NCBI GenBank assembly: GCA_032718475.1
Contig: JAUCBJ010008178.1
Location: 103,386-167,385 of the forward strand
Direction of reading: 5' to 3'
Source of the DNA: Nemertoderma westbladi
Taxonomy: Eukaryota; Animalia; Xenacoelomorpha
DNA length: 64,000 nucleotides
Each line of letters begins with the position of its first letter. Positions within the stretch are counted from its first letter, which is position 1. The notes under the pieces are model-generated. The model ran no database searches. It saw only the letters and a program-made list of their open reading frames with translations, and was not told the origin of the DNA. Positions 12,682 through 26,414 of the stretch are shown one piece after another. Both the position numbers and the translations under genes were made by a program.

Positions 12682-15600
12682 ACACTGTATGGATTCCTTT
12701 TAATAGAATCAGCTGATTGTGACACTGTATGGATTCCCTTTAATAGAATCAGCCGACTGTGACACTGTATGGATTCCCTTTAATAGAATCAGCTGATTGT
12801 GACACTGTATGGATTCCATTTAATAGAATCAGCCGACTGTGACACTGTATGGATTCCTTTTAATAGAATCAGCTGATTGTGACACTGTATGGATTCCTTT
12901 TAATAGAATCAGCTGATTGTGACACTGTATGGATTCCATTTAATAGAATCAGCTGATTGTGACACTGTATGGATTCCATTTAATAGAATCAGCTGATTGT
13001 GACACTGTATGGATTCCTTTTAATAGAATCAGCCGACTGTGACACTGTATGGATTCCTTTTAATAGAATCAGCCGACTGTGACACTGTATGGATTCCTTT
13101 TAATAGAATCAGCTGATTGTGACACTGTATGGATTCCATTTAATAGAATCAGCTGATTGTGACACTGTATGGATTCCATTTAATAGAATCAGCTGATTGT
13201 GACACTGTATGGATTCCCTTTAATAGAATCAGCCGACTGTGACACTGTATGGATTCCCTTTAATAGAATCAGCTGATTGTGACACTGTATGGATTCCATT
13301 TAATAGAATCAGCCGACTGTGACACTGTATGGATTCCTTTTAATAGAATCAGCTGATTGTGACACTGTATGGATTCCTTTTAATAGAATCGGCTGATTGT
13401 GACACTGTATGGATTCCATTTAATAGAATCAGCTGATTGTGACACTGTATGGATTCCATTTAATAGAATCAGCTGATTGTGACACTGTATGGATTCCTTT
13501 TAATAGAATCAGCCGACTGTGACACTGTATGGATTCCTTTTAATAGAATCAGCCGACTGTGACACTGTATGGATTCCTTTTAATATAATCAGCTGATTGT
13601 GACACTGTATGGATTCCATTTAATAGAATCAGCTGATTGTGACACTGTATGGATTCCTTTTAATAGAATCAGCCGACTGTGACACTGTATGGATTCCATT
13701 TAATAGAATCAGCTGATTGTGACACTGTATGGATTCCTTTTAATAGAATCAGCTGATTGTGACACTGTATGGATTCAATTTAATAGAATCAGCTGATTGT
13801 GACACTGTATGGATTCCTTTTAATAGAATCAGCTGATTGTGACACTGTATGGATTCCATTTAATAGAATCAGCCGACTGTGACACTGTATGGATTCCATT
13901 TAATAGAATCAGCTGATTGTGACACTGTATGGATTCCTTTTAATAGAATCAGCTGATTGTGACACTGTATGGATTCCTTTTAATAGAATCAGCTGATTGT
14001 GACACTGTATGGATTCCTTTTAATAGAATCAGCTGATTGTGACACTGTATGGATTCCTTTTAATAGAATCAGCTGATTGTGACACTGTATGGATTCCATT
14101 TAATAGAATCAGCTGATTGTGACACTGTATGGATTCCTTTTAATAGAATCAGCCGACTGTGACACTGTATGGATTCCATTTAATAGAATCAGCTGATTGT
14201 GACACTGTATGGATTCCTTTTAATAGAATCAGCTGATTGTGACACTGTATGGATTCCATTTAATAGAATCAGCTGATTGTGACACTGTATGGATTCCTTT
14301 TAATAGAATCAGCTGATTGTGACACTGTATGGATTCCATTTAATAGAATCAGCCGACTGTGACACTGTATGGATTCCATTTAATAGAATCAGCTGATTGT
14401 GACACTGTATGGATTCCTTTTAATAGAATCAGCTGATTGTGACACTGTATGGATTCCATTTAATAGAATCAGCCGACTGTGACACTGTATGGATTCCATT
14501 TAATAGAATCAGCCGACTGTGACACTGTATGGATTCCATTTAATAGAATCAGCTGATTGTGACACTGTATGGATTCCATTTAATAGAATCAGCTGATTGT
14601 GACACTGTATGGATTCCTTTTAATAGAATCAGCTGATTGTGACACTGTATGGATTCCATTTAATAGAATCAGCCGACTGTGACACTGTATGGATTCCATT
14701 TAATAGAATCAGCTGATTGTGACACTGTATGGATTCCATTTAATAGAATCAGCCGACTGTGACACTGTATGGATTCCATTTAATAGAATCAGCTGATTGT
14801 GACACTGTATGGATTCCTTTTAATAGAATCAGCTGATTGTGACACTGTATGGATTCCATTTAATAGAATCAGCTGACTGTGACACTGTATGGATTCCATT
14901 TAATAGAATCAGCTGATTGTGACACTGTATGGATTCCTTTTAATAGAATCAGCTGATTGTGACACTGTATGGATTCCATTTAATAGAATCAGCTGACTGT
15001 GACACTGTATGGATTCCTTTTAATAGAATCAGCCGACTGTGACACTGTATGGATTCCATTTAATAGAATCAGCCGACTGTGACACTGTATGGATTCCATT
15101 TAATAGAATCAGCTGATTGTGACACTGTATGGATTCCTTTTAATAGAATCAGCTGATTGTGACACTGTATGGATTCCATTTAATAGAATCAGCTGACTGT
15201 GACACTGTATGGATTCCTTTTAATAGAATCAGCTGATTGTGACACTGTATGGATTCCATTTAATAGAATCAGCTGATTGTGACACTGTATGGATTCCTTT
15301 TAATAGAATCAGCTGATTGTGACACTGTATGGATTCCATTTAATAGAATCAGCCGACTGTGACACTGTATGGATTCCTTTTAATAGAATCAGCTGATTGT
15401 GACACTGTACGGATTCCCTTTAATAGAATCAGCCGAGTGTGACACTGTATGGATTCCTTTTAATAGAATCAGCTGATTGTGACACTGTATGGATTCCATT
15501 TAATAGAATCAGCCGACTGTGACACTGTATGGATTCCATTTAATAGAATCAGCTGATTGTGACACTGTATGGATTCCTTTTAATAGAATCAGCTGATTGT

Positions 15601-18600
15601 GACACTGTATGGATTCCTTTTAATAGAATCAGGTGATTGTGACACTGTATGGATTCCATTTAATAGAATCAGCCGACTGTGACACTGTATGGATTCCATT
15701 TAATAGAATCAGCTGATTGTGACACTGTATGGATTCCTTTTAATAGAATCAGCCGACTGTGACACTGTATGGATTCCATTTAATAGAATCAGCCGACTGT
15801 GACACTGTATGGATTCCTTTTAATAGAATCAGGTGATTGTGACACTGTATGGATTCCTTTTAATAGAATCAGCTGATTGTGACACTGTATGGATTCCATT
15901 TAATAGAATCAGCTGATTGTGACACTGTATGGATTCCTTTTAATATAATCAGCCGACTGTGACACTGTATGGATTCCATTTAATAGAATCAGCCGACTGT
16001 GACACTGTATGGATTCCATTTAATAGAATCAGCTGATTGTGACACTGTATGGATTCCTTTTAATAGAATCAGCTGATTGTGACACTGTATGGATTCCATT
16101 TAATAGAATCAGCTGACTGTGACACTGTATGGATTCCTTTTAATAGAATCAGCTGATTGTGACACTGTATGGATTCCATTTAATAGAATCAGCTGATTGT
16201 GACACTGTATGGATTCCTTTTAATAGAATCAGCTGATTGTGACACTGTATGGATTCCATTTAATAGAATCAGCCGACTGTGACACTGTATGGATTCCTTT
16301 TAATAGAATCAGCTGATTGTGACACTGTACGGATTCCCTTTAATAGAATCAGCCGACTGTGACACTGTATGGATTCCTTTTAATAGAATCAGCTGATTGT
16401 GACACTGTATGGATTCCATTTAATAGAATCAGCCGACTGTGACACTGTATGGATTCCATTTAATAGAATCAGCTGATTGTGACACTGTATGGATTCCTTT
16501 TAATAGAATCAGCTGATTGTGACACTGTATGGATTCCTTTTAATAGAATCAGGTGATTGTGACACTGTATGGATTCCATTTAATAGAATCAGCCGACTGT
16601 GACACTGTATGGATTCCATTTAATAGAATCAGCTGATTGTGACACTGTATGGATTCCTTTTAATAGAATCAGCCGACTGTGACACTGTATGGATTCCATT
16701 TAATAGAATCAGCCGACTGTGACACTGTATGGATTCCTTTTAATAGAATCAGGTGATTGTGACACTGTATGGATTCCTTTTAATAGAATCAGCTGATTGT
16801 GACACTGTATGGATTCCATTTAATAGAATCAGCCGACTGTGACACTGTATGGATTCCATTTAATAGAATCAGCCGACTGTGACACTGTATGGATTCCTTT
16901 TAATAGAATCAGCTGATTGTGACACTGTATGGATTCCATTTAATAGAATCAGCCGACTGTGACGCTGTATGGATTCCTTTTAATAGAATCAGCTGATTGT
17001 GACACTGTACGGATTCCCTTTAATAGAATCAGCCGACTGTGACACTGTATGGATTCCTTTTAATAGAATCAGCTGATTGTGACACTGTACGGATTCCCTT
17101 TAATAGAATCAGCCGACTGTGACACTGTATGGATTCCTTTTAATAGAATCAGCTGATTGTGACACTGTATGGATTCCATTTAATAGAATCAGCCGACTGT
17201 GACACTGTATGGATTCCATTTAATAGAATCAGCTGATTGTGACACTGTATGGATTCCTTTTAATAGAATCAGCTGATTGTGACACTGTATGGATTCCATT
17301 TAATAGAATCAGCCGACTGTGACACTGTATGGATTCCTTTTAATAGAATCAGGTGATTGTGACACTGTATGGATTCCATTTAATAGAATCAGCCGACTGT
17401 GACACTGTATGGATTCCATTTAATAGAATCAGCTGATTGTGACACTGTATGGATTCCTTTTAATAGAATCAGCTGATTGTGACACTGTATGGATTCCATT
17501 TAATAGAATCAGCCGACTGTGACACTGTATGGATTCCTTTTAATAGAATCAGCTGATTGTGACACTGTACGGATTCCCTTTAATAGAATCAGCCGACTGT
17601 GACACTGTATGGATTCCTTTTAATAGAATCAGCTGATTGTGACACTGTATGGATTCCATTTAATAGAATCAGCTGACTGTGACACTGTATGGATTCCATT
17701 TAATAGAATCAGCTGATTGTGACACTGTATGGATTCCTTTTAATAGAATCAGCTGATTGTGACACTGTATGGATTCCATTTAATAGAATCAGCTGACTGT
17801 GACACTGTATGGATTCCTTTTAATAGAATCAGCCGACTGTGACACTGTATGGATTCCATTTAATAGAATCAGCCGACTGTGACACTGTATGGATTCCATT
17901 TAATGGAATCAGCTGATTGTGACACTGTATGGATTCCTTTTAATAGAATCAGCTGATTGTGACACTGTATGGATTCCATTTAATAGAATCAGCTGACTGT
18001 GACACTGTATGGATTCCTTTTAATAGAATCAGCTGATTGTGACACTGTATGGATTCCATTTAATAGAATCAGCTGATTGTGACACTGTATGGATTCCTTT
18101 TAATAGAATCAGCTGATTGTGACACTGTATGGATTCCATTTAATAGAATCAGCCGACTGTGACACTGTATGGATTCCTTTTAATAGAATCAGCTGATTGT
18201 GACACTGTACGGATTCCCTTTAATAGAATCAGCCGACTGTGACACTGTATGGATTCCTTTTAATAGAATCAGCTGATTGTGACACTGTATGGATTCCATT
18301 TAATAGAATCAGCCGACTGTGACACTGTATGGATTCCATTTAATAGAATCAGCTGATTGTGACACTGTATGGATTCCTTTTAATAGAATCAGCTGATTGT
18401 GACACTGTATGGATTCCTTTTAATAGAATCAGGTGATTGTGACACTGTATGGATTCCATTTAATAGAATCAGCCGACTGTGACACTGTATGGATTCCATT
18501 TAATAGAATCAGCTGATTGTGACACTGTATGGATTCCTTTTAATAGAATCAGCTGATTGTGACACTGTATGGATTCCATTTAATAGAATCAGCTGATTGT

Positions 18601-21600
18601 GACACTGTATGGATTCCTTTTAATAGAATCAGCCGACTGTGACACTGTATGGATTCCATTTAATAGAATCAGCCGACTGTGACACTGTATGGATTCCATT
18701 TAATAGAATCAGCTGATTGTGACACTGTATGGATTCCTTTTAATAGAATCAGCTGATTGTGACACTGTATGGATTCCATTTAATAGAATCAGCTGACTGT
18801 GACACTGTATGGATTCCTTTTAATATAATCAGCTGATTGTGACACTGTATGGATTCCATTTAATAGAATCAGCTGATTGTGACACTGTATGGATTCCTTT
18901 TAATAGAATCAGCTGATTGTGACACTGTATGGATTCCATTTAATAGAATCAGCCGACTGTGACACTGTATGGATTCCATTTAATAGAATCAGCTGATTGT
19001 GACACTGTATGGATTCCTTTTAATAGAATCAGCTGATTGTGACACTGTATGGATTCCATTTAATAGAATCAGCCGACTGTGACACTGTATGGATTCCTTT
19101 TAATAGAATCAGGTGATTGTGACACTGTATGGATTCCATTTAATAGAATCAGCCGACTGTGACACTGTATGGATTCCTTTTAATAGAATCAGCTGATTGT
19201 GACACTGTATGGATTCCATTTAATAGAATCAGCCGACTGTGACACTGTATGGATTCCTTTTAATAGAATCAGCTGATTGTGACACTGTACGGATTCCCTT
19301 TAATAGAATCAGCCGACTGTGACACTGTATGGATTCCATTTAATAGAATCAGCTGATTGTGACACTGTATGGATTCCTTTTAATAGAATCAGCTGATTGT
19401 GACACTGTATGGATTCCATTTAATAGAATCAGCCGACTGTGACACTGTATGGATTCCTTTTAATAGAATCAGGTGATTGTGACACTGTATGGATTCCATT
19501 TAATAGAATCAGCTGATTGTGACACTGTATGGATTCCTTTTAATAGAATCAGCTGATTGTGACACTGTATGGATTCCATTTAATAGAATCAGCCGACTGT
19601 GACACTGTATGGATTCCATTTAATAGAATCAGCTGATTGTGACACTGTATGGATTCCTTTTAATAGAATCAGCTGATTGTGACACTGTATGGATTCCATT
19701 TAATAGAATCAGCCGACTGTGACACTGTATGGATTCCTTTTAATAGAATCAGGTGATTGTGACACTGTATGGATTCCATTTAATAGAATCAGCCGACTGT
19801 GACACTGTATGGATTCCATTTAATAGAATCAGCTGATTGTGACACTGTATGGATTCCTTTTAATAGAATCAGCTGATTGTGACACTGTATGGATTCCTTT
19901 TAATAGAATCAGGTGATTGTGACACTGTATGGATTCCATTTAATAGAATCAGCCGACTGTGACACGGTATGGATTCCATTTAATAGAATCAGCTGATTGT
20001 GACACTGTATGGATTCCTTTTAATAGAATCAGCCGACTGTGACACTGTATGGATTCCATTTAATAGAATCAGCCGACTGTGACACTGTATGGATTCCTTT
20101 TAATAGAATCAGGTGATTGTGACACTGTATGGATTCCTTTTAATAGAATCAGCTGATTGTGACACTGTATGGATTCCATTTAATAGAATCAGCCGACTGT
20201 GACACTGTATGGATTCCATTTAATAGAATCAGCCGACTGTGACACTGTATGGATTCCTTTTAATAGAATCAGCTGATTGTGACACTGTATGGATTCCATT
20301 TAATAGAATCAGCCGACTGTGACACTGTATGGATTCCATTTAATAGAATCAGCCGACTGTGACACTGTATGGATTCCTTTTAATAGAATCAGGTGATTGT
20401 GACACTGTATGGATTCCTTTTAATAGAATCAGCTGATTGTGACACTGTATGGATTCCATTTAATAGAATCAGCCGACTGTGACACTGTATGGATTCCTTT
20501 TAATAGAATCAGCTGATTGTGACACTCACACTGTATGGATTCCCTTTAATAGAATCAGCTGATTGTGACACTGTATGGATTCCTTTTAATAGAATCAGCT
20601 GATTGTGACACTGTATGGATTCCTTTTAATAGAATCAGGTGATTGTGACACTGTATGGATTCCTTTTAATAGAATCAGCTGATTGTGACACTGTATGGAT
20701 TCCATTTAATAGAATCAGCCGACTGTGACACTGTATGGATTCCTTTTAATAGAATCAGCTGATTGTGACACTGTATGGATTCCATTTAATAGAATCAGCT
20801 GATTGTGACACTGTACGGATTCCTTTTAATAGAATCAGCTGATTGTGACACTGTATGGATTCCATTTAATAGAATCAGTCGACTGTGACACTGTATGGAT
20901 TCCTTTTAATAGAATCAGCTGATTGTGACACTGTATGGATTCCATTTAATAGAATCAGCCGACTGTGACACTGTATGGATTCCTTTTAATAGAATCAGCT
21001 GATTGTGACACTGTATGGATTCCATTTAATAGAATCAGCCGACTGTGACACTGTATGGATTCCTTTTAATAGAATCAGCTGATTGTGACACTGTATGGAT
21101 TCAATTTAATAGAATCAGCCGACTGTGACACTGTATGGATTCCTTTTAATAGAATCAGCTGATTGTGACACTGTATGGATTCTATTTAATAGAATCAGCT
21201 GATTGTGACACTGTATGGATTCCATTTAATAGAATCAGCTGATTGTGACACTGTATGGATTCCATTTAATAGAATCAGCCGACTGTGACACTGTATGGAT
21301 TCCTTTTAATAGAATCAGCTGATTGTGACACTGTATGGATTCCATTTAATAGAATCAGCCGACTGTGACACTGTATGGATTCCTTTTAATATAATCAGCT
21401 GATTGTGACACTGTATGGATTCCATTTAATAGAATCAGCTGATTGTGACACTGTATGGATTCCATTTAATAGAATCAGCTGATTGTGACACTGTATGGAT
21501 TCCTTTTAATAGAATCAGCCGACTGTGACACTGTATGGATTCCTTTTAATAGAATCAGCTGATTGTGACACTGTATGGATTCCTTTTAATAGAATCAGCT

Positions 21601-21604
21601 GATT
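12682..21604. repeat. 40-bp tandem satellite (GACACTGTATGGATTCC[T/A/C]TTTAATAGAATCAGC[T/C]GA[T/C]TGT), ~223 units
   Basis: Direct reading. A single 6-bp register shift at ~20527. Variant blocks recur at 480 bp (12721/13201) and 920 bp (15410/16330). Confidence 0.98.
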
Positions 21605-21711
21605 TTCAATATTTTTTCGTTTTCTTTCTCCCTGGCTATGGTGCCTCAACAAAATATTTGTGCCACCACCATTCAATCTACAATTGGCCTGCTGTGATGC
21701 AGCGTGCATTA

Positions 21712-21945
21712 AGAATGCTATACCAGCTTGTCGACAAAAGTGCGCCGCCACAACTCCCTACCCCCCCCCCCCCCCAAAAAAAAAAATTTTGCGAGATTAT
21801 TCGCATCTTCAAGGCCAGTGTCCTTTAAGATGCGTCTCAAGAAAGTCATGGGCTGTCCACCTTGCTTATTTTCTCCATGAGGCTGCTATAACACAAGATA
21901 GTGCACAGGCGAAAGCAATGTCCTACGAAGCGGAAGCGGCTCTGT
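21712..21945 (-). pseudogene. Degraded RTE-like LINE ORF2 3' fragment
   Basis: Colinear with 52761-52985 (AAGAATGCT...GCTTGTCGACAAAA.TGCGCCGCCACAACTCCCTA...CCAGTGTCCTTTAAGATGCGTCTCAAGAAAGTCATGGGCTGTCCACC); interrupted by polyC/polyA. Confidence 0.75.
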
Positions 21946-22165
21946 CCAAGTCTCAAGCTTGGGGGAACTAACATATAACATCGATTATTACTGTCGGGGG
22001 AATTATCAGATATAACAAGGACTTTATTACTAGTAAGCTATGGAAGCTATCAATGAATTATAAAATAATGGGGTTAGTGTTGTAACATATGTAATAAATA
22101 TTATTAAGATGCAATAATAATAATATGTAATGTAAACGGAATGTTGCAAGTAATTTTATTATTTT

Positions 22166-22358
22166 ATCGTCACCATAGAGGCCAAATCATTACACAGTAA
22201 ACAGATTACCCAGGCCACAATATAAATATCCTAACTAGCTGAGTACCGTTGAGTTGAGTACGTTGAGTACCATTTGAAGGACAATAAAATGGAATTGTGC
22301 TTTTTTTTTAATATAAACAGCATAATTTTATGTGTTGTTTTGGCCCTATGGTGATGAT
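22166..22358. mobile_element. Possible small MITE with ~30-bp imperfect TIRs
   Basis: ATCGTCACCATAGAGGCCAAA ... TTTGGCCCTATGGTGATGAT are inverted copies; no clear TSD. Confidence 0.4.
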
Positions 22359-23066
22359 TAAGAAATAGATTGAGTTTAAAATAAAATACAGTATGCACCA
22401 ACGAAAAACACGGACATTATTATTTATATGGCGGGTCCCGCCACCAAAACAATCTACTTATGTGTCATACAAAGGATAGCGAGACTCGAGATACAAAATA
22501 CCAAATCACCCGAAAAGAAACACAAAGTGAAAGAGGAGACATTTTAATATAAATAAAGGCACTGAGAACAGTTTGTCAAATAGTTTATGAAGTATTTACA
22601 ACTCTACCACAAACCTGGAACCTGTGCAGTTGTACATACTACGTGTGGAAGCATACAATCTATGCATTACATTGATATTGAAAAATAAATAAATGTGTTT
22701 TTACTTTTAGTCAGTGTTCAACGCACAGATCCTACGTATGTACAATTGTACAACTACAGATGTATCACTAAAATTAATATTTAAAAATAAATATTTATTA
22801 TGTAATTTACTATTATAAAAACAGCGTCACTGTCGTTAATAATCGAATTATAATGCACATAAAAATGGAATACTAAAGGCACTTTGTTACTGAACGTTTA
22901 ATGACAATATGATGATGTGGCACATTCAATGGAACATCATATTTTATTACTTATCGCAAATATATGAATATAATTTGATGGACATAATATATAAACACAA
23001 AATCGCAAACGCGATTCTTTATATTTCATTGATATTATAAAGGCTGCTCGTCACACTAATTGCTAC

Positions 23067-24566
23067 TCACTTAGACGTTTGGTTTATTATAGACTCCAAC
23101 TCTTCTATACGATTAGCCAATAACCTACAAGCTAGTCTCTGATTGGCCGCTGCGGTTTGCCAATCAGTGATCTCGTCCAGCAACTGGTTGATGGCGTCTT
23201 CCGGCTTGAGGCTGGCCAATGTCATCTGTTTGCAGATAATCGAATCACTTCGATTGCGGCTGGAAGATCGTAGGTTACTGGGGGAGGAGGATGCGAAACG
23301 ATGGAGGAAGTCGGCGTGTCCGTTCGGAAGGGGAGACTGACCGACAGGGGGATCAGTAGGGGGGCAAACAGGGGGACTGGAAGGGGGGCAAATAGGGGGA
23401 CCAACAAGGGGGCACACTGGGGGACTGGAGCGGGGGCACGCAGCGGTACAATACGACTGCCCGCGAGATGAATTAGATATGATTAACGGACAAGTGGATG
23501 GACAAACGGACTGCGTGTGTAGCGGACAGACGGACGGACAGACAGACCTACCTTCCCCGACCACCCCCCGGTTCCGGTCCAACTGCTCCTCGAAGGCCAG
23601 CCGGTAGGTCTGTACGATCCCGGTGAGTTCCTCCCTGTCCCGCATGGCGGCGTCACGTTCTCTACGAACCACCACGTTGTCGCGTTTCAGCGCGCTGGCG
23701 GCCCGTGCGCACAGACAGGCGCGACTCCCGTTGCTACGACACTGACACGCGTTGAGTACCGTCAGCTCAACGAACTCGCATTCATCGAGCCCCCAGTCCT
23801 CCCCGCTGCCCCCCGTACCGTCCCACCAGCCCCCCACGCCATCCCCCCAATCCCGATTGTAATTGATCCTCTCCCGCACGTCTAACATCGACACCAACTC
23901 GTCGTTCCGTCTCCTTATCCTATCCGACTCCGACTCCGCCCCCCGCATCCGCTCCTCCAGCTCCTTAACCAACCCCCTCAATCTCCCATTCTCCGCCATT
24001 AATTCCTCGCACCGTTTACTCCACTCGGAACTCGATTTCTCCAGCAAAGTATCCCGGCATTGGAGTTGCCAATACGCGAACTGAACCTCTCGGTTGAGTA
24101 GATCGCTGGTCGAATCGAGCATCCGCCGACTCCTGGACAACCCGCTCTGCGCCAGACTCGTCTGATTCCGCAGGATATTAATAGCTCGCTTCTTGCTGCT
24201 CAACTGTTGCTGAAGAACATCTACATCGGATTGTAGCAGACCTACTTGGCGTTCGCTATCGCATAACGCCCGCATTATCAGCCCTTCTCCCAGATTAGCT
24301 ACAATTATCTGCCATTTACTGGCAGGTTTAACGATTTGTTTATTTGATTCTGAGTTCGTTGTACCTGTAGTTGCAACCGGTTTCGTTTCGTTATCAGGTT
24401 CCGGTTCAATGTACGACGAACCAGGGAGGAGATTATCCCCGAATCCCAGATCCCCATCATCATCTATTTCAACAGAGTTTATTGTAGTTATAGACGACGT
24501 ATCTGTTCCACTGAGTGCAGTTAATGAACAAAATGACGAAGTTATATCAGAAATAGCTTCCTCCAT
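23067..24566 (-). CDS. CCDC125: Coiled-coil domain-containing protein 125 homolog, single exon, 499 aa
   Basis: Family motifs in order: DDDGDLGFG, long coiled coil, ELTVLNACQC...CLCARAAS...YRLAFEEQL, C-terminal ANQRLACRLLA. Intact ORF, GC-richer than its flanks. Confidence 0.85.
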   Translation of the reverse strand: MEEAISDITSSFCSLTALSGTDTSSITTINSVEIDDDGDLGFGDNLLPGSSYIEPEPDNETKPVATTGTTNSESNKQIVKPASKWQIIVANLGEGLIMRALCDSERQVGLLQSDVDVLQQQLSSKKRAINILRNQTSLAQSGLSRSRRMLDSTSDLLNREVQFAYWQLQCRDTLLEKSSSEWSKRCEELMAENGRLRGLVKELEERMRGAESESDRIRRRNDELVSMLDVRERINYNRDWGDGVGGWWDGTGGSGEDWGLDECEFVELTVLNACQCRSNGSRACLCARAASALKRDNVVVRRERDAAMRDREELTGIVQTYRLAFEEQLDRNRGVVGEGRSVCPSVCPLHTQSVCPSTCPLIISNSSRGQSYCTAACPRSSPPVCPLVGPPICPPSSPPVCPPTDPPVGQSPLPNGHADFLHRFASSSPSNLRSSSRNRSDSIICKQMTLASLKPEDAINQLLDEITDWQTAAANQRLACRLLANRIEELESIINQTSK

Positions 24567-24969
24567 TATCCAATAGGCCTACAGCAATAGACATAGACCG
24601 TCATTTTCAGCCAATAGGCCTACCAGTCTGCACTGCACCTCCTACAGTCCTACCAATTTGGCAATTACATAGGTTCGGGGAACGGGGGTAAACGTTACGC
24701 TTACACTCTGACACTGGACACCGGTTCACGTTTATAGACCTAATCTACTATACAGCCATACGCCTACGGCTACGGCCTACTTGTCTTTAAGGCAGGTTAG
24801 TAAAGAAGCAGGTTAGAGCAGTTGTAGAGAGGGAGGTTGAAAAGAACCAAAACAATAAACGAAAGTTATGAATATTGTAGAAACACAAATTTAATTGAGA
24901 ATCATCAGTTTTGTTATTCAAGTCAGATGTATCTTTGTATAGGCCTACCGGCTTACGGTACATGTACGG

Positions 24970-26414
24970 ACTGGTGCTTAGATCGTGGCTTTTCCAGTTA
25001 ACATTATTCCACTTTGTATAAAACATGTGATGAGGTTGGAGAAATCTGCTAGGGGCTGCTACTAAGCAGCAACCAATCACGTTAATCCTGTTTAACACAG
25101 AGTCAATGAGAATGGAATATTGCTAACATGAAAAAGTTCAGGTTAACATTATTCCATATCTCAGTATCTGTATTCACTATTCTATTAGGCCCTACACCTA
25201 CCCTTGAGACTGGCCTTATGTCTGTTTCATTATATAAGTTATACCAAAAGCATTCAGGCGTCAGGCAGAAGAACAGTAGGTACAGCAAAGCGAATTATTA
25301 AGATAGACATCAGGTTTTGTTAATTCAATACTTTAAGCCTTAAAGGGGCCTTATTCTTTCTCATGGTACAGTAGTTACATGGCAGCATGGGAGCAGTAAT
25401 GAGACGATTAAAAAAGTAGTGGAATTTAATTTATGCGATAATAAGTACACAACAACCTCTGTGTTATCGAGACACAAACAAAAAATTGATAAAAGGAGAA
25501 CCAACAGCGAAACTAAACCATTTCCACGTTGTCCAGCCTGTCAGCATTATTGTTCCTTTTGCTACTCGCGTTTCGGGAATGCTACAGACTGACCTTGGAC
25601 CAATTGAATGGATAGTATGTAGCGTTTGCACGGGTGTAAACACTACGCCGACAACCGGCAACCACTGCCGACAACAGCAAATATGAAAATGTAACCTGAG
25701 TTCGTAACTCTCGTTTATTGTTTTGATTAGACTAACCTTCCACTGTAACCTGTTCCTTTCCCTCAATTAATAAATAACATTAATTAGCTTTAATAATGGT
25801 TGTCGGCGTTGGCTGTCGGCGTTACGGCGTAGCATTTATACCCCGTTTGCACGAAGTGGTTGGTATCATAAAAGTTGTGTGAATAAAACGCAACACGAGA
25901 TTCGGGGTGATGAACTGATTATGTGAGACCTGCATTTTGCCCACATTGCATATTACTACGTGGCAAGTACTTCAATGAGATATTGTATAAGTACAGTATG
26001 TTTATTACTAAACCGGACTTAACTATACATATTTCATTTACAGTTTACATCATTGTAATTAAACTAATCCACTTAAACTACAGTACATACGTTTTTTTTT
26101 TCTTGCATCTGTGCATATATTATGCTTGGTATTGTACCATCAGACCATATACTGTAATATTATATGGCTTACTCGATTACTAACTGACTAACACTAGCAG
26201 GTTGCAGCTTAATTGCTGTAATATCTGATTACTTTGGAATAATGTCAACCTGAACTTTTTCATGTTAGCAATATTCATTGACTCTGTGTTAAACAGGATT
26301 AACGTGATTGGTTGCTGCTTAGTAGCAGCCCCTAGCAGGTTTCTCCAACCACATCACTTGTTTTATACAAAATGGAATAATGTTAACTGGAAAAGCCACG
26401 ATCTAAGCACCCGT
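24970..26414. mobile_element. Non-autonomous MULE-like DNA transposon with ~185-bp TIRs
   Basis: 24970-25156 and 26235-26414 are inverted copies. Perfect 9-bp TSD CATGTACGG at 24961-24969 and 26415-26423. No transposase. Confidence 0.85.
25632..25843. mobile_element. 212-bp MULE-like MITE nested in the preceding element
   Basis: TIRs GGGTGTAAACACTACGCCG and CGGCGTAGCATTTATACCC (16/19 match). Perfect 9-bp TSD CGTTTGCAC at 25623-25631 and 25844-25852. Confidence 0.9.

Noticed and set aside
1-21604. CRISPR-like or information-storing arrays
   Set aside because: Units are head-to-tail with no unique spacers, no cas genes, and a eukaryotic context; the variant patterns are explained by block duplication.
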